64,000 nucleotides of DNA from Squalus acanthias (taxonomy: Eukaryota), in the NCBI GenBank assembly GCA_030390025.1, contig CM059425.1, forward strand, positions 163,806,001-163,870,000. The letters are read 5' to 3'. Position 1 is the first letter of the stretch. Each line of letters opens with the position of its first letter. The notes beneath the pieces were generated by a model. It had not been told where the DNA came from, did no database searches, and was given only the letters and a program-made list of their open reading frames with translations. Shown piece after piece: positions 26,142 to 39,190 of this stretch. The translations under genes were made by a program, and so were the position numbers.

Positions 26142-27302
26142 ATGGGGGCTGCACTGATTGGGGGCGTCGTCCTGCTCCAGCTGAATCGGAGGATACAGAG
26201 ACGCAGAGAGAGAGTGGCAATGATGGCCAGACGGAGGAGGGCCAACAGGCGTATGTACAGGAGAGCTTACCCTCCCAGGGTATATCGTGAACAGCTCTCC
26301 TACCTTCATATGTCTGAGGAGCTGTGTTTGCGAAGGCTGCGATTCAGCAAGGAGGTGGTCACTGAGCTCTGCCACCTGCTGCAGCCAGATCTGCAGCCTC
26401 AACTGAGGTCCAGGACGTCTCTGTCGGTGGCAGTGAAGGTCACAGTGGCTCTCAACTTCTACGCTACTGGCTCATTTCAAGCTGCTGCTGGGGACCTCGC
26501 CAATATCTCCCAGTTCGCGGTGCATTGCTGCATCCGGCAGGTCACAAATGCCCTCTTTAAAAGGAGACGAGAGTTCATCTCTTTCCCCATGACCCCAGAC
26601 AAGCAGCGTGACCGCGCTCTGGGCTTTGCGAGGGTAGCGGGCTTCCCCATGGTGCAGGGCGCCATTGACTGCACGCATGTGGCTTTGCGTGCTCCGCATG
26701 AGAATGCCGAGGAATTCCGGAACAGAAAGGGGTTCCATTCCTTGAATGTTCAGTTGGTCTGTGACCACAGACAGCTGATACTCGCTGTCAATGCCCACTA
26801 TCCTGGCAGCTGCCACGATGCTTTTATCCTGCGCCAGACTACTGTGGCAGAACTTTTCGAGGCACCGCATCAGCCAGTTGGTTGGCTTCTCGGGGACAAG
26901 GGGTATGCATTGAGCACCTGGCTGATGACACCGCTCCGTACGCCCAACACCCCTGCTGAGCTGCGGTACAATGAGAGCCATCAAGCTACCAGGAACATAA
27001 TTGAGCGCACAATCGGCGTGCTGAAGCAACGGTTCCGCTGTCTCGACCATTCTGGAGGAGCCCTGCAGTACTCGCCTGAGCGAGTATCCAACTTCGTAGT
27101 TGTGTGCTGCATGTTGCATAACATGGCAATCCTCAGGACCCAGCCAATGCCACCAGGCCTTGGAGCACCACCAGAGGAGGAGGAGGAAGAGGAGGAAGAG
27201 GACGAGGAGGATGATCATCAGCAGCACCAAGGCGGGAGGGCGGCCCACAATGGTGAAACTGCAAGGGCCGTCCGTCAACGGCTGATAGCAAGCCGCTTCT
27301 AG
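26142..27302 (+). CDS. Harbinger (HARBI1-like) DDE transposase, 386 aa
   Basis: Uninterrupted ORF from ATG 26142 with GAIDCTH, LLGDKGY and IERTIGVLKQRF (D-D-E triad) and an acidic C-terminal tail. Confidence 0.93.
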   Translation: MGAALIGGVVLLQLNRRIQRRRERVAMMARRRRANRRMYRRAYPPRVYREQLSYLHMSEELCLRRLRFSKEVVTELCHLLQPDLQPQLRSRTSLSVAVKVTVALNFYATGSFQAAAGDLANISQFAVHCCIRQVTNALFKRRREFISFPMTPDKQRDRALGFARVAGFPMVQGAIDCTHVALRAPHENAEEFRNRKGFHSLNVQLVCDHRQLILAVNAHYPGSCHDAFILRQTTVAELFEAPHQPVGWLLGDKGYALSTWLMTPLRTPNTPAELRYNESHQATRNIIERTIGVLKQRFRCLDHSGGALQYSPERVSNFVVVCCMLHNMAILRTQPMPPGLGAPPEEEEEEEEEDEEDDHQQHQGGRAAHNGETARAVRQRLIASRF

Positions 27303-27614
27303 GGCCCCTGCTGTGGAAATGGCTTCTGCCATTGCTAACAACATCAATGAACCCAGCACGCAACCCCTAAGCCGGCCAAGGCACCAATAATTCCAACCAC
27401 CAACCATGTATATTTTGAATACAGAAACTTATTTATTTTACAAACTCTGTGTGTGTCAATTCCTCATGACAAACTCATAGAAATAAACACAAAAAAACAG
27501 TCAATAACATAACTGGTTCTCACAACCTGGAGATAATGTCCAAAACACTAAACAAAAGTTGGACCATGAACCTCGACCTTTAATAAAAAAATGACCAGCA
27601 TTTTGTCACACCTC

Positions 27615-29488
27615 CTACTTTTTGCCCTTCGAGGGTGATCTCCTTCCCTTGCGCACTTCCCCCCTTCTAACCCTACTGCTCCTCCGTAATGGGACCTCAG
27701 TGGCTGCAGCAAGGCTGGTGGAAGGCTGCTGCTCGTCAGACCCTGACACTGCAGATGCCCCTGAAGGACGGCCTCGACCAGTTCTGGGCCTGGAGGGCCC
27801 GGCTGCAGACTGCATCAACTCTGCATGGGCGGCAGCAGTCTGTCCTACAGGCGGTGGCAAGTGCAGTGGAGAAGTGACAGTGTTGGCAGCAGGAATGCTG
27901 TCATCGTGAGAGAGGACAGCAACTCCCTGCTCGCCCGACACACTGGCACTCCCACGGGGCAGCACTTCAGCATCCGGAGCAATCTGCTGGAGAACAGATT
28001 GCTGGCCTGCTGCGGCGCGGTGACAGCCCCGGGGACATGTGAACGAACCATCGAGGTTGGCAGCAGTCTGTGCTCGCGTGGCCTCAATCTGAGTCTGCAT
28101 GAGAGCAGTCAGAGATGGGATCACGGCAGCCAGTGACTGAATTGCAGCACTAAGCGTTAGTGTGGCATCCGCCTGTGCTACAGCGAAGTGCTCCACACTC
28201 CTTGCCAGTGACTCAATGCATTTGGGCACCCTTCCCACTGCACCCATGAGCTCAGTGTGCATGCCCACTGCCTGGGTGTTCATTTCTGCGATCAGCCGCT
28301 CCTCCTCTGCGTCCATTGCAGTAGGAGTGTCTGGCATACTCTCCCTCTGGGGAGAAGGTCCCCGTTCTTCCCTACCCCCATGGCGTTGCTGCAGCCCGCT
28401 GGGTCCTGGAGCTTCACCCTCATCAGACCCTTCCCCCCTGCTCCCCTCCAGGGAAGGCGTGTTCCCAGTGTGGGCATGGGCTTCCTCGGGAGAGGGTGGC
28501 ACTGATGCTCCGGCTTCCTCTTCCTCCTCGGCTGCAGCTTTACTCCCAGTGGCAGCTTCAGGGCCCGTCTCCTCAGCTGGTGAATCACCATCTGAAAGCA
28601 GGGAGGTACAAGAGTGGCTTTAGCGTGAGGACAGGGTGGCAGTAAGGGAGGAATAAGTGCAGCGAGTTAGCAAGTTGGATTGAAAGTGTCAAAGGCTGGT
28701 GTTGTGAGGGACAAGTGGAAGGACAGAGGACAAAAAGGTGATGACCTTACCATTGCTGTCCAGAACGGGGTCGGCGTCTCCAGTGGCGACGGGACCGATC
28801 ACCCGGCTTGCCACAATCCTGTGGACGCGCTCCTCAAGATCGCTGAGGGGTTGCAGCTGAGGCCGCCCTCCACCTGTCCGTTGCTGCTGTCTCCGATTAT
28901 GCGCCAGCTTGGCCTGTAAGAAAAAGGACAGCATCTGAGTAAATATACAGCCATGGTCTTGCCTGATGTGCCTCCCATAGGTGAATAGCCCTTACTGTAT
29001 GCAGCCATGGTCTTGCCTGATGTGCCTCCCATAGGTGAATAGCCCTTACTGTATGCAGCCATGGGCTTGCCTGATGTGCCTCCCATAGGTGAATAGCCCT
29101 TACTGTATGCAAAGTGTGGAATGTGTGTGTGTGTTTGATGAAAGGGCCATAGGTGTTGGATGAGTGTTGTGCATTGGGGTTTTAAGACCCTCTGGCCATA
29201 GAGTGAGGTTGAGATGGAGGGATGGAGAGGTATTGAGAAAAAGCCACTCACCCTGACGACCCGAGTGAGGTCGTTGAACTTTTTGCGGCATTGAGTATGG
29301 GTCCTGGGCACCATGCTCCTGGAGGAGACGCTCTGAGCCACCTCCCTCCACACTCTTCTGTACTCGCGTGGCAAAGGCCTCCTGCCACTCTCAGGGAAGA
29401 GTATACATCTTCTGCGCTCCACCGCGCCAACCAGAGCATCCAAGGCCCGCTCGGTGAAGTGATGAGCTCGTTCTCTCACCCTCTCCAT
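27615..29488 (-). CDS. Harbinger Myb/SANT-like DNA-binding protein, 3 exons (29488-29252, 28913-28751, 28591-27615), 458 aa
   Basis: Donors GTGAGT and GTAAGG; acceptors TTACAG and TTTCAG; phases 0 and 1. The spliced frame is open (1377 nt). Contains FTERALDALV...WREVA...QCRKKFNDL and a basic C-terminus. Confidence 0.85.
28948..29111. repeat. 3 x 54-bp tandem repeat in Myb intron 1
   Basis: Units start at 28948, 29002 and 29056 and differ by one substitution. Confidence 0.95.
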
Positions 29489-30161
29489 CCTTGGCAGCAA
29501 AATGGATTCACAGGTCTCTCCAGGCCGAGATTCAAGGTTGCAATGAGCAGGGTGTGGCTGGGGAGCAAGTTGGCCCCCCCCGCTTTAAGAAGTGGCCGGC
29601 GCCAGTGTGTCTGTGTTCCCTCGCTAACTGGCAGCAGCTGCGCTGCGCTCGCGCGCTGAGTTAGCGCCTCACTGCTCGGCCTTTGCGCCTTAAGACAGGT
29701 GTGCAGCGCCTGATTTAGCGCTCCACTCACCTCCCGGGGCGGTAAAAGTGAAGTTTCCAGTCAGTGGCGATAATTAGCGCCAGGCGCTAATATTTGCGTC
29801 CAGACGATATTTGCGCCCCAAATGGGGCGCGACCTAATTTTTCCCCCTGAGTTTTTAGTTGGGTTTGGGCTTTGCTCCTATGTGCCTTTTCCATCCCCCT
29901 CATCATTTAATTATTCCTTCCCCCCCCCCGTCCCCAGTTTAGTTCCCTTGCACAATGCATTGTCTGCAAACTGAGAATGCAGGCAGTGAAACTTCTCCCA
30001 GTTCCTCAGATCAGGAGCTTGCTTCCTACTGTGCTTATATTTAAAAGTACCTTGCTACAAATTAGTGTACTTATGAGAATTTTCCTTTTAAATTACCGAA
30101 AGTTGGCACACCAACTATTTAAATGTTTTATTTAGCTGACATAGCAAGGCTAAAAAATATC

Positions 30162-30885
30162 GGCCCATATTTTCCGACCCCCACGGGTGTGTACGAGGTG
30201 TGTACGCGCCCATAGGGGCTGCGCAAGTTCCGGGTTTAGGCATGCGAAGCGCATGCACTGAAACCCGGAACTTGCGATCTGTCAAGAATTCTCTTGACAG
30301 ATCCAACGCATGCCCAAGAAAAGTGCCTCTGCGGGTGGAGAGTTGCAATATTTGCTCAACTTCCGTCCACTGAAAGGCCGTAGAATTCTTACGTCTGGTA
30401 AAAGCATAAGCGTTTTTAAAAATAGAAAAATAAGATTTTATCACTCACTTATAAATTAAAAACCCTGTCCAATAAGGTAAGTTTATATTAAGCACCGTTA
30501 AAAAATATATTTTTAAAAATTTCAAAAAATAAAATTTTTGTTTAAGATATTTAATTAAATGCCATTTTCATTAATTTTATATATGTAATGGTTTTTCTTT
30601 ATTTATTTCAGTGTGTTGGTACATTTTTGTAGTCATCCCCGTACGGAACTGTCAAAAGTATGAAGGGGCATTCCCTTCTTCCATTAGTTGAGCTGGCCCA
30701 CGTGATCCCAGGGGCGCTTGCGAACCGCATGCACCCCTGGGATACGTGGGCCTCTGCGCAGTTCCAAGAGGAGAGGCTCAGGATCGGAAGCCTCCTTATC
30801 TCCGCGACCAGCAGGTAGGTTCGTAGATTTTTTGCTGATCGGAGGCATCTGCCCGCAGGAAGCCTCCGATCAGAAATTCAGGGCT
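30162..30885 (+). mobile_element. Harbinger-type MITE with GC-rich arms and an AT-rich core
   Basis: Ends GGCCCATATTTTCCGA / TCAGAAATTCAGGGC; related to 16917-17112; architecture like 46697-47423. Confidence 0.7.
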
Positions 30886-32242
30886 GGGCAAAAATAGATC
30901 AGCTGTTTGTACCAAGGTCAAATTGGACCATTTCCCTTGTGATGTGTTGATAAGAAAATAACAAGCAATTTGATAGTGTTATAAGTTACAGACTTTATTG
31001 TGCAGTGCAGGGATTATAATAGAATTTGTTGCAAATTTTCTCTTCCCTTGCCATTCAGAGTACTTTGTTTTTCATGCCTTGGTATAAAGTACAGTGATGA
31101 AAGAAAGAATGGTGGGTGGAAGGGGGAGCGCACAATCATAATGGAGCTAGTTCAATTTTCCTTTCCTTTAAATTAATGGAAGTAAAATTAGGCAGGCTGC
31201 ATTATAGGTGTGCAACCCTCCTCTCTCAATTTTCCTCTCTGCACTGCACCCAGGTACCATTTTATGCCCAGAGGTTAAAAACAAAAATCTGACTGTTTAA
31301 CTTTAAATTTTCACTTATGCAACAAAGTGAAAGAGATTACAGTTTGCAATAGGACTTTAAAACAGCAAACGTGATTAATCCATATAAGGAAAGATAAAAA
31401 GACGAGTGTACTTTCCGGTTAAGATACTCTGGGGCCCATTTTTGGTGCGCAGTTTCAGTACTGCCAGATTTCTCCAACCTGTCCCTGGTCTGTCATTTTC
31501 TACTGGGTGCCACATCAGCAGTAATGTTGTAGAGTAATGTAATGGAGTAGAGTTGCTGTTAATATCCAGTGTAGAAAAGGATAAGCAAACAGCCTGTAAT
31601 ACTGAATTGGCCAATTATAAAAACAAATTATCACTCTTGATTTGGAGACTTATTCCCAGCAGGTTAGAAGTGCAGCAATGTGGATTCCCTGAATTCAGGG
31701 GCCATTTTCTATATATTCTTGGGAAAAATATTAGCATTTGGATTGGATGCCTCACGTTCTCCTGCCCACTGGTGGCATGCCTCACTTCAGGCATTAAAAT
31801 TGCTGAATTCTATTAAATATTCTAATAATAGGATTAGATAGCAGCAGCAGAGACTATGGCTAATTTATGCCAATGCTAAGAATTACAGATGCCAATCAGA
31901 AATGTCCACTCTTAGTTTGTCCAGGATAACAACAGGATATTTACATTTAAAAATGTGCTTCAAAAGAGGCTGGTCTGTAAAGTCGTGCCACAAAAATAAC
32001 TGACTGGGCTGTAAGGTCCTTTCTATCTTGCCACTGTAACCGTCCTAACACACTGCCACAGGATGCCTACAGTCATATGAAAGATTTAATTTAATTCTAC
32101 TGTGATGCGTACACAATTATTTGCTTCCAGTAAATAAAAACAGATTTCAGCTTCTCCGCTGGCACAGTGGGTAAATGCAACATTAGCATGGTACTGAAAT
32201 ATATAGAGCAGAAAGATCCCAGGTTCAGTCTCTGGTCTGTGT

Positions 32243-32808
32243 TAGAATCATAGAATGGTTACAGTACAGAAGGAGGCCATTTGGCCCGTCGAGCCCGTGC
32301 CGGCTCTCTGCAAGAGCACTTCAGCTAGTCCCACTCCACCGCCCTTTCCCTGTAGCCCTGCAAATTTTTTTCCTTCCGGTAATTATCCAATTCCCTTTTG
32401 AAAGCCACGATTGAATCTGCCTCCACCGTCCTTTCAAGCAGTGCATTCCAGATCCTAACCACTCGCTGTGTAAAAAGGTTTTTCCTCATGTCGCCTTTGG
32501 TTCTTTTGCCAATCACCTTAAATCTGTGAAATCTGTGTCCTCTAGTTCTCGACCCTTCTGCCAATGGGAACAGTTTCTCTCTACCTACTCTGTCTAGACC
32601 CCTCATGATTTTGAACACCTCTATCAAGTCTCCTCTCAACCTTTTCTGCTCTAAGGAGAACAACCCCAGCTTCTCCAGTCTATTCACGTAACTGAAGTCC
32701 CTCATCCCTGGAATCATTCTCGTAAATCTTTTCTGCACCCTCTCTAAGGCCTTCACATCCTTCCTAAAGTGCGGTACCCAGAATTGGACACAGTACTCCA
32801 GTTGAGGT
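32243..32808 (-). mobile_element. CR1-type LINE 3' fragment
   Basis: ORF 32325-32756. Confidence 0.9.
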
Positions 32809-33294
32809 TCAGCAGCATGAGCTCAGCCTGTCTTCATTTCTAATGGATGGTACACACCCCAAATGTCATAACCTGATTTTTCTCTTTACAGGTGCTGGCT
32901 GACCTGCTGTGTATTTCCAGAATTTTCTGTTTTTATTTTATGCTTCGGATTGAGTGAAACAACACTACAAAGCTCTGTTAGTCATGGTGTATTGCTGCCT
33001 ATCAAGATGTAGTCTTCGGGAGTAGAATTCCTAAATATTTAGGTATTAGGCTTGAGAGTGCACAACAACTTTATAAGAACCTAAATGCACCTTGCCTTTT
33101 CTTTAAATCAGTATTTTATTTCCAGGCTTCAGTTCTCTTGGTCTTGTTCTTTGACTGCGGAGAGTACACAAAAAAAGCCATTGAATTTTTTTCTACATAG
33201 TTTCACTTCTGCAGGTGGCCAGAGGCTACAATGATAAGAGAAACCTGAAATCAGCAGCTGCAGCAACAGTTAGATTCTCAGCTGGCAACACCTT

Positions 33295-35192
33295 GGGCTA
33301 AAAATTCGATTAGGCACAAAAACGGGCGCAGTGATTGTGGTGCGCGAGCGGCCCATGCCTGTTTAACACGACCTTAGTGCTGCCTGCTAATTACCATGAT
33401 TGTTGCATGCAGCCCAATGCTGAGCGCGCTGCTGAGTGGCTGAGTGCTCAGCATTGGGCTAGCTCTACTTAAAGCTCGCCTCCACTTCCTCAAGGCAGTC
33501 TGCTCCTCTTAAAGGGAACTGCTTGTGAAGGCAACTGTGAGTGAATAATGGCTCAACAGGGCAGAGAAAGGGCACCAAGGTTCTCCGACGCAGCACTAGA
33601 GGCCTTACTGCAGGAGGTAGAAAGGAGGAGACAGGTCCTCTATCTGTAGGGAGCCAGGGGGTCCTCTACACGCAGTGAAAGCAGATAGCCGAAGCGGTCA
33701 CTGCCAGCTGTCTTGCCCCAAGGACCTGGATCCAGTGCCGAAAGAAGTTCAATGACCTCTCACGACTGGCCAAGGTCAGTGATTGCATCTTCAAAAGCGG
33801 TCTCCTAACAACTGCACCACTAGACTCACACACTGAGACTCACACACTGCTCAACGCACGACCCCCCCATCACTCACCTAGCAACAATCTCTATCAATCA
33901 CGACTCATACCTCACAGCTTCCCCTCACCCTCACCCACTTACCACTGCTGCAAGCCTCATCCCCACATCTCACACCTTGCACACACTGCCAGCTATTCAT
34001 CCCTGACAGGCACATCACCCAAACATATTGCATCACATTCACTGACACACTTCCCTTTCTCTTGCAGGACAAGGTGGCTCATAACCGGCGGCAGCAGGAT
34101 CTAACCGGCAGGGGACAGGTGCGTCTGCATGAACTGACCCCCACGGAGGAGACGGTGCTGGAGATAATTGGAGCGGCCATCGCTGAGCCCATGGTGAGCG
34201 GCGAGGCTGAAACCATTTAAGATGACATGTTCATATCTAATCCTCCTTCTCACATCCCATTCCCCCTCATCCCACAATCTCTTCTCATTTACAAGCTGCT
34301 GATGGTGTAAGCATGCTCATCTTGCTTTCCCCCCCCTCCTCTCACCACAACCCTACCCTTGTGCCTTTCTCCTTTCAGATACCTGCGAGATGTTTGCTAT
34401 GTCGCATGTTCCAGCCTGGAAGGATCGGCTGGCAAAAGAATTCATGGCCACGGTTACCTTGAGAGCCACTGGCAGAGCCATCGTCACCCTGCTCTAAGGC
34501 TCCAGATCTGGTTGCAAGAGGTGGCTGAGTTCTGTGACCACCTCCTTGGTGAGGCAGAGCCGCCAAACACACTGCTCCTGGCTTAGGTGCAGGTAGGAGA
34601 AGTGCTCCCTGAAGATCCTAGGTGGGTAGGGCCTCCTGCTGAGAGCCCTCCTCTTCCTCCCTCTGTCTTATTTGCTGCCTCTGCTCCATCTCCCTGTCAT
34701 GCTGCAGTGCAAGGAGGACTGTAACGAGAGCCCCCATGACTGGGAGCAAGTGGTGTACTCAGAGGCCTTTCAGCAGCAGCCAATGGATTCCCAACGTCCA
34801 GCAGCACTTCCTGCACACTTCAACAACTTTTGAAATCTCTTACAGCAACCCAGTTCTCCTACAAACTCTGCAAGAAACAGTACAAAAGCAATAAGCAACT
34901 TACCTGCAAGTTGGATGTATCCCTTTTAGTAGTACTGGTGGGGGGTGCCTCGTGCAGCTGAACGCATGTGCGTGTTTAGGAGAGGGCATTGAATGGAGCA
35001 GTAATATCGAAAATGGCAGGTCGTGCGTCAAATCAGCGTCGCACTATCTGCCTACTCTGCATGCTGCCGGCGTACGCACGTTCTGCCTGTGCTATTGCCC
35101 TCACCAAGATGGCCGTGCCGGAAGTCGGCGGAAGCTCGGTGGACACCATTTAAAAAAAACAGCCAAAAGTTATGGAAGTGAATTTCGCGGCC
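33295..35192 (-). mobile_element. Internally deleted Harbinger
   Basis: TIRs GGGCTAAAAATTC / GAATTTCGCGGCC; CTT TSD. Myb exons 1-2 on + (ATG 33548, RAPRFSDAALEAL) are joined at ~34380 to the transposase 5' part on minus (ATG ~34737). Confidence 0.85.
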
Positions 35193-36257
35193 CTTGTTTA
35201 CACTGCCTAGTGCCTGGCTGTGAATCGAGCTGGTAAATTTTAAAGGACGCAATGTACAATCATGGAATTCCGTGGGAGTGTTGGAAAACGGGACAGAACC
35301 TGAGTCCGCCAGATTTCTGCTCCTTCTGAAGTGCACAGCAAATTGTGATCCAGGGAGCACGAGCACTACTCCTGCCCACCCCACCCCCACCCTTACACCC
35401 TGGCATCTGTTTGAGGGTGTTCCTGCGCTACGCTGGGAATCCCCCCAGATATGACTATCATTGGCCTAGCAGAATCAGCAGGCATAGTTTCCAGTCTGAG
35501 CCTAAAGTAGGCCCTGCAGTCACCAAAGGGAGATTAGTAAGTACCACTTTTGTTGTTTTAGCTTGAGACGCCTCTGACTCCCTCTCTTGGAGCGGCAGGG
35601 TGCCGTTCGAAGACTACACTGGCTTCACGAAGCGGGTGCCCCTACTGCGCATCTACAGGTTTTGGTGATCATCCCTATTATTTCAATGACCCCCATCTCC
35701 AAGTCACTGCTGGAATCTCTAGATTACAACGTTCTGAGAGTAAGGTTGAGAACATCCACATTGCCAAAAGAATTACAAAAAATTAAGCTTAAACTTACAT
35801 TTATAAAATGACCGAGAGATCCAACTGATCCTGTGAGAATTTTAAAATGAGGTTTTGTACCATGCTAGTGTTATATCCAAGTAACCAAATTGGTGTGACA
35901 TGTCTCCTCCAGGACGGCTCACATCTCTCCCCTTCAGAGTTTCATCAGGAGCTGACTCCAGGGTGATATTGTCACTTTGTCTCGTTTTGCACCCTAAAGT
36001 AGCAACAAGAAGCAACTGTCAGCACTTAGGAAAGACAGCCAGCTTGTTCAGGATAAGAACAGTTAGTCACCTTGCTTACGCTGATGAGTGTCTTACAAAT
36101 AACAAAAGAAGCTGTAAGTTTTGGGTATACGATAACAATTTTTGGATGAAGAAGCATTTAAAAAACCTTTTTGTTTGTGTGAGGAGAGATGAAAGCCAGA
36201 AGCATCATGTGGCATTTTCATTGCAACAACATTGGAGTTGAATTTTTGTGGAGGTTT

Positions 36258-36530
36258 TTTTTGATATATGTTCATTTATGGGATGTGGGCGTTGCTGGCA
36301 AGGCCAGCATTTATTGCCCATCCCTAATTGCCCTTGAGAAAGTGGTGGTGAGCCGCCTTCTTAAACCACTGCAGTCCTTGAGGTGAAGGTACTCCCACAG
36401 TGCTGTTAGGGATGCAATTCCAGAATTTTTACCCAGCGACGATGGTGTGTGTCTTGGAGGGAAACATGCAGGTGGTGGTGTTCCCATGTGCCTGCTGCCT
36501 TTGTCCTTCTAGCTGGTAGAGGTCACAGGT
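36258..36530 (-). mobile_element. LINE 3' tail fragment (second family)
   Basis: Matches the reverse of 38900-39190. Confidence 0.8.
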
Positions 36531-37904
36531 CGCAGGTCCTGATTGTCCACTATAACTTTGCAGAAGTTCAGCAGAAACCCCAGAGAAGCAGCATAAACGG
36601 CCAGAGTTATGGTGGATGATCAAGAACATTCCTGCAGGAATTCACCCCCAATATGTCCAAGCAACACAGTGATGCAATTCAAAACTATTTATGTCATCAA
36701 GATGTGTATTTAGAAATAAACATAAAAGAGTTTTCCAACAAATTTTCTATGAAAATGCCCATATCCAAACTTACACCAAGTCTCTATGCTTGCTGACCTA
36801 CATTGACTCCCAGTACAGCAATGGCTCAAATTAAAAATTCTTATTCTTGTGTTCAAATCCCTCCATAGCCTCACCTCTCCCTATCTTTTGGAGCTAGAAG
36901 GAGCAGTAGTACAGAATTTATTATTTGCAGAATTCCGGATCAGTTGGGGTTTATAAGGAATTGACTTAGGAGGTCAACAAGGAGACCAATGGAGAAGTTA
37001 ATCTTCCAGGTGATGAAGGTGTAGGTGGTGAGGTGAGGTAGGTATCTAGGTGGGCAATGTTCTGTAGATGGAAGTAAGCAGTCTTGCTGATTGACTGGAA
37101 TGTTGGGTTTCAAGTTCAATTTAGGGTTGAGGAGGTCACTGAGGTTACGCACCTTCAGTTTCACTCTGAGTCAGCAGCTGCAGAGGAAAATTGAATCAAC
37201 ATCTGGTACACCCCATTTTTCCTCTGTACGAATTTCTGCTGGAAGTTAGGGCATGTGCAGGAAGCGCTTGCTCCTTTCTAAGCAGACATAGTCAAATGCT
37301 GCTGTAACGATAGGATGATTCCGACATTAGAATTCCCAACATTGACATTCCAGTAAGACTGAACGCAATGCATGCCTGTATGAAGCAGGGTACTTGCTTA
37401 CTAGGATCAGGTGATCCTGGTGGAAATGAGCTCTAAAGGGATAGTAATTCGAGAATGTTTGCCTGCAGTACCTGTATTATTGGAGTGATTTGAAAGGTTT
37501 TTTTTTTACTTTGGAGAGCTGTTGAGTTTGTCTTTCTCTAGCCTCAGTCCAGGAGTCTCTGGAGACCACAAACTTTACCCCAAACAATCGCAACAGTAGC
37601 ACCATAGGTTACCCTGTGGAGATTCCTCTATTTACCATCCTCATGGTAGAAGAGGACGCCTGTAGGGAGGAATAGTGTGTCCAGCAGTAAGCTGAGACCC
37701 TCCCACCCAAAGCCTGCTCCCCTTCCGTATGAATTTACAGACCATACGAAGGCATAGGTAAAGAGTTGTGCCCCAGGAGACTACACTTCAACAAGGAAAC
37801 CTGGTTGACCTATGCCACCTTTTGGCCTAAGATCTGCCTGGATCCAATGCATTCACAGCTCTGCCAGAGGCTCTCAATTTTTTTCACACAAGATCACAAA
37901 TAAC

Positions 37905-39190
37905 CGGCTCATCGATGCTCAGTTTGGGTTCTGCTAGGACCACTTGGCTCCAGACCTCATTACAGCCTTGGTCCAAACATGGACAAAAGAGCTGAATTCC
38001 CGAGGTGAGGAAAGAGTGACTGCCCTTGACATCAAGGCAACCTTTGACTGAGTGTAGCATCAAGGAGCCCTAGTAAAATTGAAGTCAATGGGAATCAGGG
38101 GGAAAACACTTCACTGGCTGTAGTCATACCTAGCACAAATGAAGATGGTTGTGGTTGTTGGAGGTTAATCATCTCAGTCCCAGGACATCGCTGCCGGAAT
38201 TCCTCAGGGCAGTGTCCTAGGCTCAACCATCTTCAGCTGCTTCATCAATGACCTTCCCTCCATCATAAGGTCAGAAATGGGGATGTTCGCTGATGACTGC
38301 ACAGTGTTCAGTTCCGTTCGCAACTCCTCAGATAATGAAGCAGTCCATGCCCGCATGCAGCAAGACCTGGACGACATGCAGGCTTGGGCTGATAAGTGAC
38401 AGGTAACATTCGCGCCACAGAAGTGCCAGGCAATGACTATCTCCAACAAGCGAGAGCCTAACCACCTCTCCTTGACATTCAATGGTATTACCATTGCCGA
38501 ATCCCCCACCATCAACATCCTGGGGGTCACCATTGACCAGAAACTTAACTGGACCAGCCACATAAATACTGTGGCAACAAGAGCAGGTCAGAGGCTAGGT
38601 ATTCTGTGGCGAGTGTCTCACTTCCTGACTCCCCAAAGCCTTTCCACCATCTACAAGGCACAGTTAAGGAGTGTGATGGAATACTCTCCACTTGCCTGGA
38701 TGAGTGCAGCTCCAATAACACTCAAGAAGCTCGACACCATCCAGGACAAAGCAGCCCGCTTGATTGGCACCCCATCCACCACCTTAAACATTCACTCCCT
38801 CCACAACCGGCGTACCGTGGCTGCAGTGTGTACCATCTACAGGATGCACTGCAGCAACTCGCCAAGGCTTCTTCGACAGCACCTCCTAAACCCGTGACCT
38901 CTTCCACCTAGAAGGACAAGGGCAGCAGGCGCATGGGAACACCACCACCTCCAAGTTCCCCTCCAAGTCACACAACATCCTGACTTAGAAGTATATCGCC
39001 GTTCCTTCATCGTCGCTGGGTCAAAATCCTGGAACTCCGTACCTAACAGCACTGTGGGAGTACCTTCACCACACGGACTGCAGCGGTTCAAGAAGGTGGC
39101 TCACCACCACCTTCTCAAGGGCAGTTAGGGATGGGCAATAAATGCTGGCCTTGCCAGCGACACCCACATCCCATACACGAATAAAAAAAA
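37905..39190 (+). mobile_element. Non-LTR LINE (second family), RT to poly(A)
   Basis: ALDIKA(T)FD, PQGSVLG, FADDCT; ORF 38433-38897; A-rich end. Confidence 0.88.

Larger units (their letters stand above)
25631..29847 (+). mobile_element. Apparently intact autonomous PIF/Harbinger transposon (4217 bp)
   Basis: TIRs GGGGTAAAAATT / AATTTTTCCCCC; perfect TGA TSD (25628-25630, 29848-29850); both genes open. Confidence 0.93.

Noticed and set aside
26142..27302. Domesticated host HARBI1 gene
   Set aside because: Lies within TIRs and a TSD beside a Myb partner, with many related copies in the window.
28948..29111. Regular repeats (also 13821-13937) as a CRISPR array
   Set aside because: Head-to-tail units without unique spacers; eukaryotic context; no cas genes.
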